From: Chara braunii
Lineage: Eukaryota > Plantae > Charophyceae
DNA length: 64,000 nucleotides
Assembly: GCA_003427395.1 (NCBI GenBank)
Contig: BFEA01000003.1
Location: 4,714,266 to 4,778,265 of the forward strand
Direction: 5' to 3'
Positions 46,423-60,057 of the stretch are shown piece by piece. The position numbers and the translations under genes were made by a program. Numbering within the stretch: the first letter of the stretch is position 1; the number at the start of each line of letters is the position of its first letter. The notes beneath the pieces are model-generated. The model had not been told where the DNA came from and did not search any database. It worked only from the letters and a program-made list of their open reading frames with translations.

Positions 46423-47485
46423 CTTTTTTTTGTGCCCATCGACCCGCGCGCACACCACAACCGGGTGCGGACGAGGGTCCTACCGGCCCTGTCAAGCTGG
46501 ATGTCACGATATCATGGACGTCACAGTGTGGGGAGCGAGGTGCCGCTTCGGCCAAGTGCACCAGCCATATGTCTCACAGCTCCCTATGATAGAACAGGGC
46601 GCTGCGAGGTAGAACTTACATCCACCGAAGGAGTTGTCACAATCTGAAGGGCGTTTCCCTGCCAAGCTACCAGCTCAAGCGAGGAGGCTCTTACCCGCCA
46701 CACCAGAGGTGAATTAGCCTAGGGCATGACTTTAGTTGCTACAGCATAAGGGTAGCGCATAGTAGTATGTCAGACCATTAGTCGGTCATGAATCATCGCG
46801 TAGGGTGCTAAACTTCTAAGTCGGATTGGACCGACTCTCAGTCTAACCAAGTAACTTAGCTAGTACCTCTCGGTCAACTGTGAATCCCTAGTTCAAAGGC
46901 TCACACAAACCCACGTGCTCGTCTAAACTATAGCAAGGAGGTGCAGACTCCCCTTGTATAATCGACTAAACCCTCAATAGGATAGTGATCTCTTCCACAG
47001 GACTCCGATTTCAACCTTACATGCTAACTTCGTCAAGGAGTTGGACCTAAGCCACACGCCTATCCACAAAGGGGTCAAGACAAACATAAAAAGGCAAAAG
47101 ACATTTGGATCTTTCAACAATTTACCCGATATCATCAGTATAGCAAACCAAAACAAAATATACTATAAAAAAAACTACACTTCGTTGAGATGTGAGGATC
47201 AGACTTCTGACAAGCTTAGCCATGAACAAAACTCATTTTTACTGAGCAAAATCAAAGTACCAGTTTACTAGCATACAATGTATCCTCCTTGGTCATAACC
47301 ACGGGGCTGCTGACCGCGTGCGGTCGGGATTGTGACCGCATGCGGTCGAGTGTAGTCGTGAAACTTACCGTATTTTTATTTCCAAGAAAAATAGGCAAAA
47401 AAAAAAAAAAAAGGTTGGAGGGTTTTAAAATCCTTACATCCTTTTTTTTTTTTTTTAATAACAAACATTCTAATCAAAAGAAACC

Positions 47486-47630
47486 TAGGCTACCAAAGTG
47501 ACCCGGGTCCACTTGCACTGCGGGACCAAAAAGAAATAGAAAATTTTAAAAAATAAAAATTATTTTTTTATTTAAAATTTTATTTTAAACTTGGTAACGA
47601 ATTTCGATATGACCTTGAGGCAAATGTTAT
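47486..47630 (+). mobile_element. Partial copy of the non-autonomous element at 51947
   Basis: TAGGCTACCAAAGTGACCCGGGTCCACTTGC...AATTTCGATATGACC matches 51947-52090. Confidence 0.65.
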
Positions 47631-47680
47631 CTATTGATTGATTGGTCGGTCGATTATGATTCGTTGGTTGATTGATTGAA

Positions 47681-47713
<33 letters not shown>

Positions 47714-50700
47714 TTTATTCAATCGATCAATCACGTTCAAACACAATCAATCAATCAATCAATGTTTTTGTTTTTTTTTTTTTGCACCCACCTACCCACC
47801 GCCCTACAAAAACCGTTATTTTAGATTTTTCGGGGGGTCATGAATTTTTTACCCCCCCTCCCAATCCCCCCCAATGTTGACCCCCCATTTTTTTAACCTT
47901 TTTTTTCACTTCGAGAGGGTGGGGCCTGGGTCCCAGAATCTCGATGTCGGTAAGCGGGACCCCCCTCCCCTCGGGCGAGGGAGGCCGTTTTCTACCGCGG
48001 CCATAACGGTCATGACCGCAAGGTCAATGCCCCGGACGAGGGCCACAAACGTGGCTGCGATGACCGCTGTCCCTGGGGATTCGTAGCGAATATATACAAA
48101 AGTAGAGGATATCATAAAATGCACATGAAGTTAATCCTTTATGCACTCTTACCCTATGCCCAAACCTTCACAGTTTTTTCCTTGAGGTCAATCCACCAAT
48201 GCGACAACCACTCAAGGACCCCTTAGACTAACACCAACCTTTTAAACGATGATCTGGAAGAGCGCACACACACAAATACACATATATGTGCGCATGTCCG
48301 TGTGTGTGTATGTGACGGTAGCGCACGAAAACACACGTGCATCGCAATGGGCACAATTTTTATTTTCATTTTTGATTGATTAATTGTTTTCGTGCAATCA
48401 CATCTACACATACATACACAATGGGAGGAAGGGGGGCAAGCGAGGTTTTACATTTTTTGGGGTATTTACTCCCACTCATGTCCATTTTTATTTTTATTTT
48501 TAATTCTCTTTTCATCACACCTGTCTCGCCACTCCTCCCCCCTAAAAAACTGAAGGGAAAAAAAAATAAAAATAAATAAAGTTCGGTCGAACATGAATTA
48601 ACATGGGACGACGTTTGGGAGTTAGGGCCGTCATTTTCAGACTGACAAGAACCACGACAAATTTAAGTTCATCGAAAACTCAAACGATACGAGAAAATAA
48701 ATTAGTTAGTTCAAATCCACGTAAGTCGAACGCGTCTGTATATGAAAATCGACAGTTTGTTCCGTCGTACATTCAAATGTGGGTAAAATAATTAGCCCTG
48801 GTCACGAACCATGTGCTTGTTATACTAATATGGCTTAGCCCGAACCACACATATAACGATTTTTGTCCTCTTCTACCCTAAGTAAAAGCTAGACCAATAG
48901 GCTTAGGTGCGGTTTGACAATTGGAACGTACGAGGATCAAGTTCATCCTGCCTCAAACTAACTATTTCGCCCCATCTTCGATTTGCCGGAGTTTGAACTC
49001 GCAACCATTGGAGAAAGGGTTAGTAAGTTAGTAACGACTTTATGATCCTCGCAATGCTGGAAGCCCAACAATTTTTAGCACAGGTCACGTAGTGCCAATT
49101 TAAGTTAGATTTCTTTCCCTTTTCTTATTATTTATTTTTATGATTCAAGTTTTAAACTATTACTTCATACTTTACTATTTTTAGAATCTTTGGGGAAATT
49201 TCTTAACTACCATCTAAAATATCACCTAAATCAAAATGAAGATTCATTAACATATAAGAAAAAGAACGGTGCACATTAAACCACATCTCAACAGAATTGC
49301 ATATTAAGAACGAATCATTTGCTAAAAGTGGGTAGGTACATTTTTTTAATATACATGTGATTACTTATGGTTTCACTAGAATATGCAGGTTGCATTTAGC
49401 AGTCGAATCCAATTGTGCTTAAACTTGTGTGCACCGTGACCACAAACACGTTCAGATTCAGATACCTTCCTGCTCGTGGGAAATAGCAGACACATAGGCT
49501 AAGCACGATGCGGCTAGGTAGAAGGGACCGATGAGAGCAAGCAGGATGAGCCAACATTGTCACCAGCACGACCGTGAATGTGAACAGTGGCAAGTGCACA
49601 GGGAGGGTCGCTAACACGGAAGCAAGAAAGCGTTAGCGTATTTACGAGCGTGAACGTGAATGCAAGTCGTAGCAGAAAGTAGGCAGAATAGCGAGCGCTA
49701 AAACAAACGTTAGGCGCAAGTGGGAAAACAAATGAATATCAGGATGAAAGCATGAGCGAACAGAGGTAAGCAAGCAAAGCAAGTAGGCAAATGACACATA
49801 AACATGAGGAGTAAGCGCGAATGTGAGTGGGATGAGGGGCGAGGAAAGGAAGTAGAAGAACACGAGGTGGAATAAAGAAACGAAAGCAAAAGTGAGAATA
49901 TGGCTAGGAACGAGATTATAGGTAAGGAACAAAGGTGCGAATTACAAGGCATGTTCATGCAAACACAAGTTGAAGTGCGCAAACAAGAAAACAAGCGGAA
50001 TCATTAAGTGAGATTTTTAAGGGTGAAGAGGAAGAGGAAAAACTCACCTTGATAGCCAAGTGATGTTAGAAGAGTTGGAACTCGGATATACAGTATTATG
50101 AACAGACTTAGGTGGGTGCAATCGACCTTCGTGTAAGAGGACAATTGTGCAAGGGAAAATGACAACTAAAGTGGAACGCAAACATTTTGTGAGTAGTTGC
50201 GCTTTTCAATTGCTCATCTTAGCTTCATTGAGTAGCAGCAGTGTCTGTGGTCGATACTCTCTCTCGCACAAACACGGGCACACACACTCTTCATTAACTC
50301 GAAGTTACGAATATTATCCAAATAAGAGCAGTATACGAAACTCAAATTTTATTTTGCACTTACGAACGAAAATGCCCTTGATTAGAGAAATCGAAGTAAA
50401 CGCAAGGAAGTCGAATCTTTAACTCCCCAGGACCGAGTTTAATGCAAAAGAAAAAAAAAAAAAAAAGTGTGAACAGACACAATGTCTAGTGGCTCGAAGC
50501 GACTATGACGTGAAAATCGTTCGTTGAACTTGGGTATAATAACAATCCCACAACAGAAAGTTGATTGATCAGTTTAGATGCAGTTGCCCATCGAAAACTA
50601 CGATGTGAATTAGATGATTGACACATGTTGTTTTCCTCTCGGTCGCTGGTCTATAATGCTCTATTTCTCTTGAAATGTTTCTAGATTCAGTTGCTCACTG

Positions 50701-51946
50701 GTACACTCATTTGAGTCATTTCAGACTAGACCAACTATAAACGTTTGTTAAGAGGGCAACTAACTGAAAGATTGATAATTTTGCCAACAATTGTGCCTTC
50801 CATATGCTCCCTCTTCCCCTATTAAAAAACAAATATGTTTGTAACCAACACTCTCACACACACTCGTGCACACACAATTGTGATGGTAACATACTCTATT
50901 TGGGTTGGTTGGTACCAACGGTACTGTGGGAGGACAAATAAAATTGAACTTGGTATGCCCTGAATGTTGACTGTGTGACTAACCAACTGAGCTAGACTCA
51001 TGCCGGGTTGCTGCCAATCTCATCAGGATGCGACAATTTCGTAAGTTTCATTTACTACTAGTATTATTATTTGTATCATTATCAATACTAGAACAACAAC
51101 AATGAAGAAGGGGACATGATCATGTAAGGAAATAAATATTGAAGGTAGGGGAAACTGAACAGTAGAGAAGTATTGATGCACAGAGAATATGTAGTAGGGA
51201 ATGAAGGAAAATTCTCATACTTCAAGATCACGTTGAGTCTGAAATATTGGCGTGAGTTAGGGGCCTTACACTTTAGTTACTAAAGACACTCTACATCTAC
51301 TTCGGTGGTCATTAGCTGAACTATGGTTGCCATGCTGCACTGAATCCGAGTTGTGAACTACCAAAGATAACAAATTAAAAAAAAACTTGAAACACAATGT
51401 AAATTTCTTTGTATTTCCTTATTGTTTCTATTATCATTACTATTATTAATTACTATTATAATTTTCTTTGTTTGTGATATGCACTGGTCAGTAATAGATT
51501 ACAACAGTTGGGTAGTTGAATATTACAACCATTAATGCAAACCTAAATGTTGTCGTTTGCAGTAGTCGATGATCCTAGTTTTTGTTATTTGTTTTTATCA
51601 AATCCGATTCTTGATAGGCTTCAGAGAGGGGAAATTCACTTAGATACTAAGAAGGAAAGAAAGAAAGGTGGAAAAGGGTGATAAACAAGAAACGGAAAAA
51701 AAAAATGAGAAGAAGAAAGGAAAAAAAGAAATTATGAGGAGAAAGAAGAAGAAGGTTGGGAAAAGGACAATGATGATTGTGAGGCAAAAAGGTGAAGAAA
51801 AGATAAGGAGGAAAAAAATTGCTTGGTAAGGGGATATTGTCACAGACTCACTAATGATGTATATATTATTCTTCTACTATTTATGACTTCTTGATGTTTT
51901 GTTCATTGCATTGCTGAGAAATTATTATTATTATTATTATTATTAC

Positions 51947-52125
51947 TAGGCTACCAGAGTGGTCCGGGTCCACTTGCCCAGCCAGACGAAAATGAAATAA
52001 AAAAATAAAAAAATAAAAATGATTTTTTAATTAAAATTTTTAACTTAAATTTGGTAAAGAATTTCGATGTGACCCTCAGACAGAAGTTGTTCATTTTATT
52101 TTTTTGCATAACATAGTTATTTTTC

Positions 52126-52164
<39 letters not shown>

Positions 52165-52236
52165 CCTTCCCTGGTCCTTGTACGACCGGGCTGCACGGGA
52201 AAATAGGGTGACTCGGGCGGCCCGACTTGTAACCTA
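51947..52236 (+). mobile_element. Short non-autonomous DNA transposon (hAT-like ends) inserted in (TTA)n
   Basis: Imperfect TIR TAGGCTACCAG...CTTGTAACCTA. Second copy at 47486. TSD obscured by the microsatellite. Confidence 0.6.
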
Positions 52237-52473
52237 TTATTATTATTATTATTATTATTATAATTACACTATTATTATCGTTATTATTATTATTATTATT
52301 ATTATTATATGTATTATTATTTTATATCATATGCTATGAGGAGGTTTAGAGGATGAAAAAAATGTGAGGCATTGGAGGGGAAAGGGATACTGACTACCTC
52401 CTCCATCCTCCTCCATCCTCCTCCCTTTTTCCCTTCATCTAATCCCCTCTATTGTCTATCTCGATTATGATGG

Positions 52474-52800
52474 TGACCCCCGAAGTAATTTGTAAACCCC
52501 CATACTAAAGTTACAACCCTCTAAATAATTTTGGAACCTCCAAATAGGTAAGTTGGACTCCTAATTTGATACTTCACACCCCCACAGAAGTTTTTAAACC
52601 CTCAAACTAATGTTGGGATCCCCAATGGATTTACGTACCTTCAACTGATAGGTTGGACCCCTGAATTGATGCGTTAGACCCCAAAGTAATTTCTAAGCCC
52701 CCAAATTGATGTTCATAACCATCTATTAATTTACGTAACTTCAAACTGATAGGTTGAAGTCCGTTGGACCCTTAAATTGATATGTGAGACCCCTAAAGCA
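52474..52800. repeat. Degenerate ~21-22-bp tandem repeat (GACCCCCAAA-TGAT-like)
   Basis: Periodic ACCCC/ACCTC plus AA motifs over about 330 bp. Confidence 0.6.
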
Positions 52801-54539
52801 AACCTATGCGGCTAAGAGGTAGATTCATGAACTGTTGAATGAAAGTGTTGTGTTTGAATTATGTCATCAAATGCATTGAAGAAGTCCAGTGTGCACGATC
52901 CATTCAATAAAATACCGCATACGATGGGATGCACTGTAATAGAGTAATACAACCACAATGCAAAATGACTTGCAGAGTATAGCACTAAAACCAACATACT
53001 GAGAGAAAGGTGAAAAACCAACTTACAAGCAGATAGGTAACACTGATTCCATTTTTTTTGTCTGAACGTTTGCCCTTTTTTGTACTTTGAAGGACAACAT
53101 AGGATCTACATTCTGTTCATCTCATTATTGTTTATCTGTAAACAACATAATACAAGTATTTTCTATTCATATGGTTTTGACACATATGACAATGCATTTG
53201 GTTTTCAGAAGAAAGTTACTTTCGCCAAATTTGTTTCCTTTTGAAAGGAAAGTTGGTTGAACACAATTACATAAATAAGTACTGTATCGGATTGTTTTTT
53301 CAATTTTTGTGCGGCCACTGCCCGCATCGCCCGCATCGTGGGTGGTAAGATAGTATATATAGCTATTAAATGATGACTTAAAGGTGGGCATTGGAGGACG
53401 CTGCCAACTTGAATGGGTCCAGAAAAAAGAAAATTAGGTCCGTATGTTCCTGACAGAAAATGCTTTCCCCAGTTCTCTCCCGTTCATTTTTTTTTTTGTT
53501 GGGCGAGCAGCAGGTGAGGGACTCAAATCCCCAAATGATTGGGGGTATGTTGTGCCTGGCTCGAGGTCATGTTGCGCAAAACATTTTTGTTTTGGCCGGC
53601 CCGCACATTGTTTTTGTTCCCCCTAGGGCGGTCCCCAGTTGCATTACACTCACTCTGTTTGTCGTTTTGTGGTGGCTGCAGCGCAACTGCAACCTTTTTT
53701 TTTTCTCACCCTTTTTATTGCTTTACGATGACACAAACTGATATAAGTCGTCGTCGTTTTCTTTTGGTGCAGTTGTCCTGGTGTCAATGTCATGCGGAAG
53801 AGTGGTTTTGTTTTCGCCAGCCCACACATAGCTTTTTGTTTTGTCCCCCGAACGCATTACATTTGGCTTGTTTGTCGTTTTGTGGTGGCCGCAACACCAC
53901 CTGATGGAATATAAGTCGGAAAAACGACAAAAATCCAAAATTAGATAAGTACGGAAGCGTGGGGCACACGTAAAATTTTATCCGTAGGCTCAGAAATGAG
54001 AGCCCAACTAATTCACCCCCAACTAGAACTGCAAAAGGTTGACAATGTTCCCGTGTCTGGTTTACGCCACCCTTTTCATATGGACGGGGTAGGGCAAGAG
54101 ACAAAAGACTCTCTATTCATCCAAATCAGGTTCGCGCAGTCCATCTGATCGACTAGAAGTCTTGTCATCCGATGGAGGGGAGGGCGAGGGTACCCAAGTC
54201 CGGAAGTTCGTCGGAAGAGCTCCCGTACTGCGTGAGAGGTTTGGAAACCGGACGAACTCTTCATAGCTCAGCACCATTCACTGCCATAAACACAAGTTCC
54301 CCAACCAACACCATCGACAATTGACCAAAGGCTTCCACCTATTGTTGGTCACTGACCAGGGAATCATCATCATGTCCGTTTAAGGCAGAATTAGTGGGAA
54401 TCAAAGAACCTCAGCACACTCGTACATGCAAACAGATGTCGAAAACCCAATGGCTTCGAGAACCGCACCAATGTGTGCAATGACAACAAAGAGCCCCCTA
54501 TAGTCTTAAAGTTTCTACATCCATGCATCCATATATTTT

Positions 54540-54850
54540 TAGGCAGTGAAGCATTTAGCTTCCATTGACACTCACACCCAATGCTATGCATACAACTGAG
54601 TATCCGCACTGAGTTCTGAAGCACACTACACCAAATCAACAATGAAGAAGAAGCGAGTTCATCGCTATTCAGAATCACAACAGTGGTAGAACTCTGCGTG
54701 CATAACCACCAACACAACCGAATGGAAACCAACCATAGCCACAAAGCCCTGCCGCTGACTCTGTTCTCGCTCCACCACCGCTTAGTCCCTCCAACTGCCT
54801 TACTCCAAGTTTACCGCTAATTCCACCCCATACCGACACTTCGGCGGATC
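54540..54850 (-). pseudogene. Possible Mutator/FAR1-type DNA-binding domain remnant
   Basis: ELAVNLE*GSWRD*AVVEREQSQRQGF and SVRILSC...GCECQWKLNAS resemble the WRKY-GCM1-type domain of MULE transposases. Heavily decayed. Confidence 0.35.
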
Positions 54851-55444
54851 CTTGGGCACGTCAAGCCTGTTCAACGTTGTGGTCTTCACACATAGCTCAC
54901 ACAACATCGCAACTAAGATCAAATAGAGAAAGAGAAAGAGGCTGCGCAAATTTATAGCATCGAAGGCGGCGGGGCACCAACGCTTACGGCGGGTAGCGAG
55001 GGGTTGTAGATGACTCGGAGGAGGAGGAAGGAAGAAGGTTCTGGAAGATCGAAGAAGCTATGACGATCCGAATATCTGTACACTTTGGTTGGCCGTTCAA
55101 TCTACGCACGTACATTTGTCCTTGCAACTTAATTTGGCCAACCCAACTAACGACCATTGACAATCAATCACGTGAAAGGGACAAGGAGGGGATCAACCGA
55201 AAGGTTTTGGGGTAGGCAAAGGGTTGAGGGGAAATGAGGGACAACAAGAAGGGAAGTTGGCCCATGCTCATGACATGAAGCAAGCTTGCATGGCGAGCAA
55301 GAATTAAAAAATGGATGTGCGTGCAATAGCTGTTGCAGATGCAGAAAAAATTGAAATGCGATCAACCAAAATTCATAACCGTTTTTTTAAATTCTCACGC
55401 GCTGCTAATTGGTCGCACGGGGCTAATTTAAGCGGGGATAGGGG

Positions 55445-55985
55445 CAATCTCACAACGGAAAAAATTCTTAGAATTAAATTACCATTCTATAGTAAAATTA
55501 CAATCTAAATTTTAAATTTTCATTCCATCTTAAAAAATGTCATTCCAATTTTATTTTTTTTCATCTTACTTGCAAACTTTCATTCCATGAATAGAGTGTC
55601 CCTTCTTTTTTTGACTGCATGTTAGAGATGGGATGAAAGTCTGGATGAGTTTATGAAACATTTTAATTGGAATGTCATTCTAAGTAAGGATTTTCAGTCA
55701 TAAATAGGTTAATCCAATTTAAATTAGAAAATATTTGTTGTAGTAGAATAAAAAATTAATTAAAATATTTCATAAACTCGTCCAGACTTCCATTCCATCT
55801 TGAACACATAGATGTAGTTGGAAGGGAAAACACATACTTAGATGGGAACTTATCAAATAAAACTGGAAATTTTAAAATTGGACGAACATTGGAATGATAA
55901 TTTATAAATATGAAGGATTTTTTTTTTTATTGAATGTTTTTTCAACTTTCATTTCTCGTGGAAATTTTCCGTTGCAACAAATGAG
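55445..55985. mobile_element. AT-rich fold-back element
   Basis: Inverted repeat core at 55626-55668 and 55758-55800, with outer arms CAACGGAAAAAATT / AATTTTCCGTTG. Confidence 0.65.
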
Positions 55986-56222
55986 GCAACCAACTTACAA
56001 AGATTCAAAAATGGACCATGTTTTCTGTAATTAGTCAAGGTCTGTGCTTCAAAGCTTACTTCCGGTTTTAGCCCGAAGGATACGTGAAGCTCCGAGGCAT
56101 AGAGATTGGCTTATCACAACCCCACTTCCCTCAACTTCCACCCTTAACCCTACGTGGTAGCCCTCCCACTTATGTTAGAGTTGGAGCGGCAAAGTCAAGT
56201 CTCGCCAGCAAGTAGGATCTGA

Positions 56223-56240
56223 TCTGATACCAATGTTACG
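56223..56240 (-). other. LTR-end/Met-PBS junction of a third, fragmentary LTR element
   Basis: Minus strand CGTAACA-T-TGGTATCAGA. The other LTR end and the internal ORFs were not found. Confidence 0.55.
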
Positions 56241-58909
56241 ATCCTGATAATTTTCGAAGTACAAATTCACGAGAAAGGAGAATGTCGTCCAATTGCAAAA
56301 GAAATGAATGTGAACTTGAGAGGAGAGAGGGGAAAAAAAAAAAAAAAAAAATGTACATCAGGAAAAACTGATGATAATTCTCATTTTCTCGCCAACCTGT
56401 CTCTTCCTTTTTTTTCCTCCCCTCGTTATTGAAACAATTAATAATAATAATAATAATAATAATGATAAATGGCCAAATGAGAATCAATATCCGAATCCCT
56501 CTCCTACTGGAGGCACCGCACGAGGTCCACCATAGCCATGGTCGCCCTCCTTCTTCCTCTTTACGAAGGTCGAGGCTATGACGGGCTACTAGGGCATTGC
56601 CCTGACGTGCCAAAAAGAACTCAAAGCAACTATGGCTGCTTCCAATCACATCGCCATGGCCGACTCTGCCTCGAAGCTTCTTGATGTCGCTCTACCCCAA
56701 CGGGGGTCTCCCAAATGCAGCGACCACCAAGGTGATGAAGATGGCGTCCATCATAGCCATGTAAGTACCCCTGATGCTCCCCTCTCCTAGTCCCTTCTTC
56801 CCCCTCCTCCAGCCCGAGTTCCTACACCATAGCCAAGGTGGAGAGTTGGGCGCTCCTCTTCCGCATCGCGGAAACCAGCGCTCCAGCAACATGACGAACT
56901 TGAACGCAATAAATGAGGAGGAGCACTTCGCACCTTCTGGAGATATAGCGGCCTACTTGCCTCTTGGGCGGTGACTTCGAGGTCGCGCGCCGCGCGGTCT
57001 CCAAGTAACCGGTACCTCCTTCCTTTCGAAGGGAAACATCATTGCAAACTTTGATGTTGCCCATACAGGCCCTAGACTCAGACTGGTTGGCCGGGTACCC
57101 GCCTAAACCTAACCTACAACCACTGGGCCTTTGAAAATGCCAACTTTGCCTCCGAGTACCCGACACATCTACCGCTGTTTGGTGTGGTACCGACATATAT
57201 GCTAGTAGAGTGTTTTTCCCTGCTCTATGTGTCGAGGGCCTAGTCCCGCCACTTGAGTGTTTTCCCCGTTGCAACCCCCAAAGTCACGGCCGCAGGTAAG
57301 TACCGGCCCTTCAAGCCTTCTGAAGGATCAAGTATTCTTGTGGGGCACACAAGCACTCAAGCACTCAAGCCGACAAACCTTCAGGCAGGCACACAAACCA
57401 GCAAGCACGCACACACACGGACTTGGAAAACTCAGTTATAAGCGGGAAACTCAGCAAGGTGTACATTTCATTCAATTTGGCAAAACTCATAAATCAGTTG
57501 TGTGTATCAGTCCGTGTTTGGCAGGTCCTTAAAATTATATCTTTTGAGTGTTCTTAAAATTCGAATTACGCTGGTCTGGCGAAGCATTTTGGATATAGGT
57601 TGTGGGGGTCATATTATCTCAACTTACCCTTCTACGTTGTGGGCGTAGAGATGGCAGCAGGTGAGAGAAATATATGGAAGGATAAAATGCGTCCTACTGG
57701 TGAAGGGGCCTACTGGTAGGATGGGAATATAACATAGCAGCGGTGGAGATGGTGGATCTGCTGCACTAAGTCTCGCTAGAGTAGGGTAGACAGGATTGAT
57801 GGGGGGTTTTGGATGTGGAGTCTGACCAGTAGCTGCAAGAGTTTAAAATGGGGGGTTGGGTTATCTCATGGGGTTTAGAATTTTCCATAACGTTCTGCCT
57901 ACACCGTCATCATCAGTGTCATGTCGTAGCGCAGGAAGTGGTCGATGCAAAAGCGACGCTGGTCAGTGTTGGGGTTGGGTTATCCTGCCCGGTAACCTGA
58001 GTTTGGCGAGGGTTTGATGCCTGGTAGAGCGATCTGAAAAATCATTGAGGGTGGAAGGCATTTCAGTGGTCTTTTGTAGGCTCCATTGGGACAAGGACGG
58101 TCGGAGATGGGCTCGGTCATCACAAACCATTCACCCATTCTTGATCGTCGACACATAACGGTGATGCTTCGTACACACCATCCTCGCAGTCGTGGTCCTT
58201 CGTCACCAGCGACACTTTGCCCGTGACGACCGTCCATCTACGACGAAGGAGATCTTTTCACGACGGGCATGGACGATATACTATACCTCGGGGCCTCGCA
58301 AGGTGGCACTCCACCCCCTCGCGTCATAAAATGTATATCGTTGTTTGGGCGGGCGCTTGAGGGTGTGAAGGTGTCGTACATGACAAGCTAAAAAACCACC
58401 ATGTGTCCATCGACCGTGTATACTGCTCGATGCATACACGCAACACAAACGCACTTCTCTGGATGGCACAGACGAAGGTGGTTTGTGCGCCAGGTCGTCA
58501 TCGCATTCTGGCGATCTCCTTCATGCAGAGGAAGCGTGGCAATCGACGAACTTGAATCGTCCCCCAGCTGTTCACCATTCTCTATCAAATCCACCTTCAC
58601 CACCAAATCCATCTCCTACTTCGAAACCAAGCGTCGTCGCGGGATCTCCAGCGACAACCGTTTCTCTGGGAAACCGATCAAGCACGAGCCTAAAGCGCTG
58701 ACGCCAAAGAGGCATCTCCAGGGGAGAAGCCATCGAAATCAAAAGGGCACACCAAAGCACATGGTGCGAGCAAGACTCCAACAAATGACAACAAGGGGAA
58801 ACGCGTTGCAGAGTCCGGCGTTGAAGGAGATGATGATGATACGGACGGGGAAGAGGGGCTGCACCTTCGTAACATGGAAGGGGTGCCGCTGCACAAATTG
58901 CCTCAGAAG

Positions 58910-59650
58910 TACGCACAATATGGAGCTAAGAGGAGCAGTTGCTGTTGATGCCATGTAAGATCGACTACTCCTGGGCGAGGAGTCGCACGGTCGCAGCAAT
59001 TCAAATCCAAGGACACAGTTTGGTCCAAGGGTCACTGCGCCGATGGAGGAGAGGGGGGTGGTGAAGGAGCATGACCCATGTTCTCATAAGTGAACACTCT
59101 AATGTACCACATGCGGCAGGTGAGAGGCCATATTTGCAAATCGGGATCGAAGATCTACTACTTCCCCATAAAGACGAAAGTGAAGAAGATAAAGAAGTTG
59201 CATTTTGTTCCGAGGCGCCCCATCTACGATCTTATGTACACCTACTACAACAAGGATTCGTTCGTCAACCCCACTAATCTAAGTGACATCAGTGCACCAC
59301 TCGTGCCTTCGCAAAAGATGGTGGACGCCCCAACTAACGACCTTGGTGTAGTGACTGCATGTGAAGGTTCGTGCAAGTGACGGACGACACGACGGGACAT
59401 GCGAACCGAGGACATGATAGACGTTGTGCAGGAGCATGGGAAGGCCACCACGTTGACCTTCTCAAGTATCAAGGATTCGAAGAAGGAGAGCACCACGATG
59501 ATCGTCCGTGTGATGGATAAGATGAGTAACAACATAGAGGTGAACGAAACTGCATTCTCCAAAGCTCTAGTGCTTATCGCCCAAGAGTTCTTAAAGCCAG
59601 ATGTATCTACAGACGCCACAACCAATGCTCCTTCCTCTGACATCAACTAA
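58910..59650 (+). pseudogene. Myb/SANT (trihelix)-like protein, likely the PIF/Harbinger accessory ORF
   Basis: Reconstructed across frameshifts: RTIWS*EEQLLLM...KSKDTVWSKVTAPMEERGW*RS...CSHK(W)NTLMYHMRQV...SG...IYDLM...VNP, followed by a helical C-terminus. Confidence 0.7.
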
Positions 59651-59971
59651 CATCACATGGCGTCAGCTATTGCCATGATCATACAACACTTTTCGATTAG
59701 TATGTTATAATCATCACATTTATTTTTCTTCCCTCAATAAACTGGGCGTGTTGTACTTGGGTTCGTGGGGTCATTAGGGCGGAAGAAGAAGTCACTGTGC
59801 CGTCCTTGTCATTCGGCTGTCCACCGAGCACCTAAACATCACACACGACCGATAATTAATGATTAGTATTGACTCACGTTCAAGTTGTTTGGTAGGACAT
59901 TCACTTGCGGTTTCACTAACGTAATGTTTTTTGTTTTTTTTTAATAACTTTTGCGGTGATTTTCAGGTGTT

Positions 59972-60019
<48 letters not shown>

Positions 60020-60021
<2 letters not shown>

Positions 60022-60057
60022 GTCTCTTATACACATCTAGATGTGTATAAGAGACAG
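60020..60057. other. Nextera mate-pair junction adapter (Tn5 mosaic-end duplex): assembly artefact
   Basis: Exact CTGTCTCTTATACACATCT+AGATGTGTATAAGAGACAG. Confidence 0.99.

Noticed and set aside
46502-47300. Possible solo LTR beginning TGTCACG
   Set aside because: No convincing matching terminus or TSD.
48616-50427. Possible DNA transposon bounded by GGGAGTTA...TAACTCCC
   Set aside because: The 8-bp inverted match is too short and there is no TSD.
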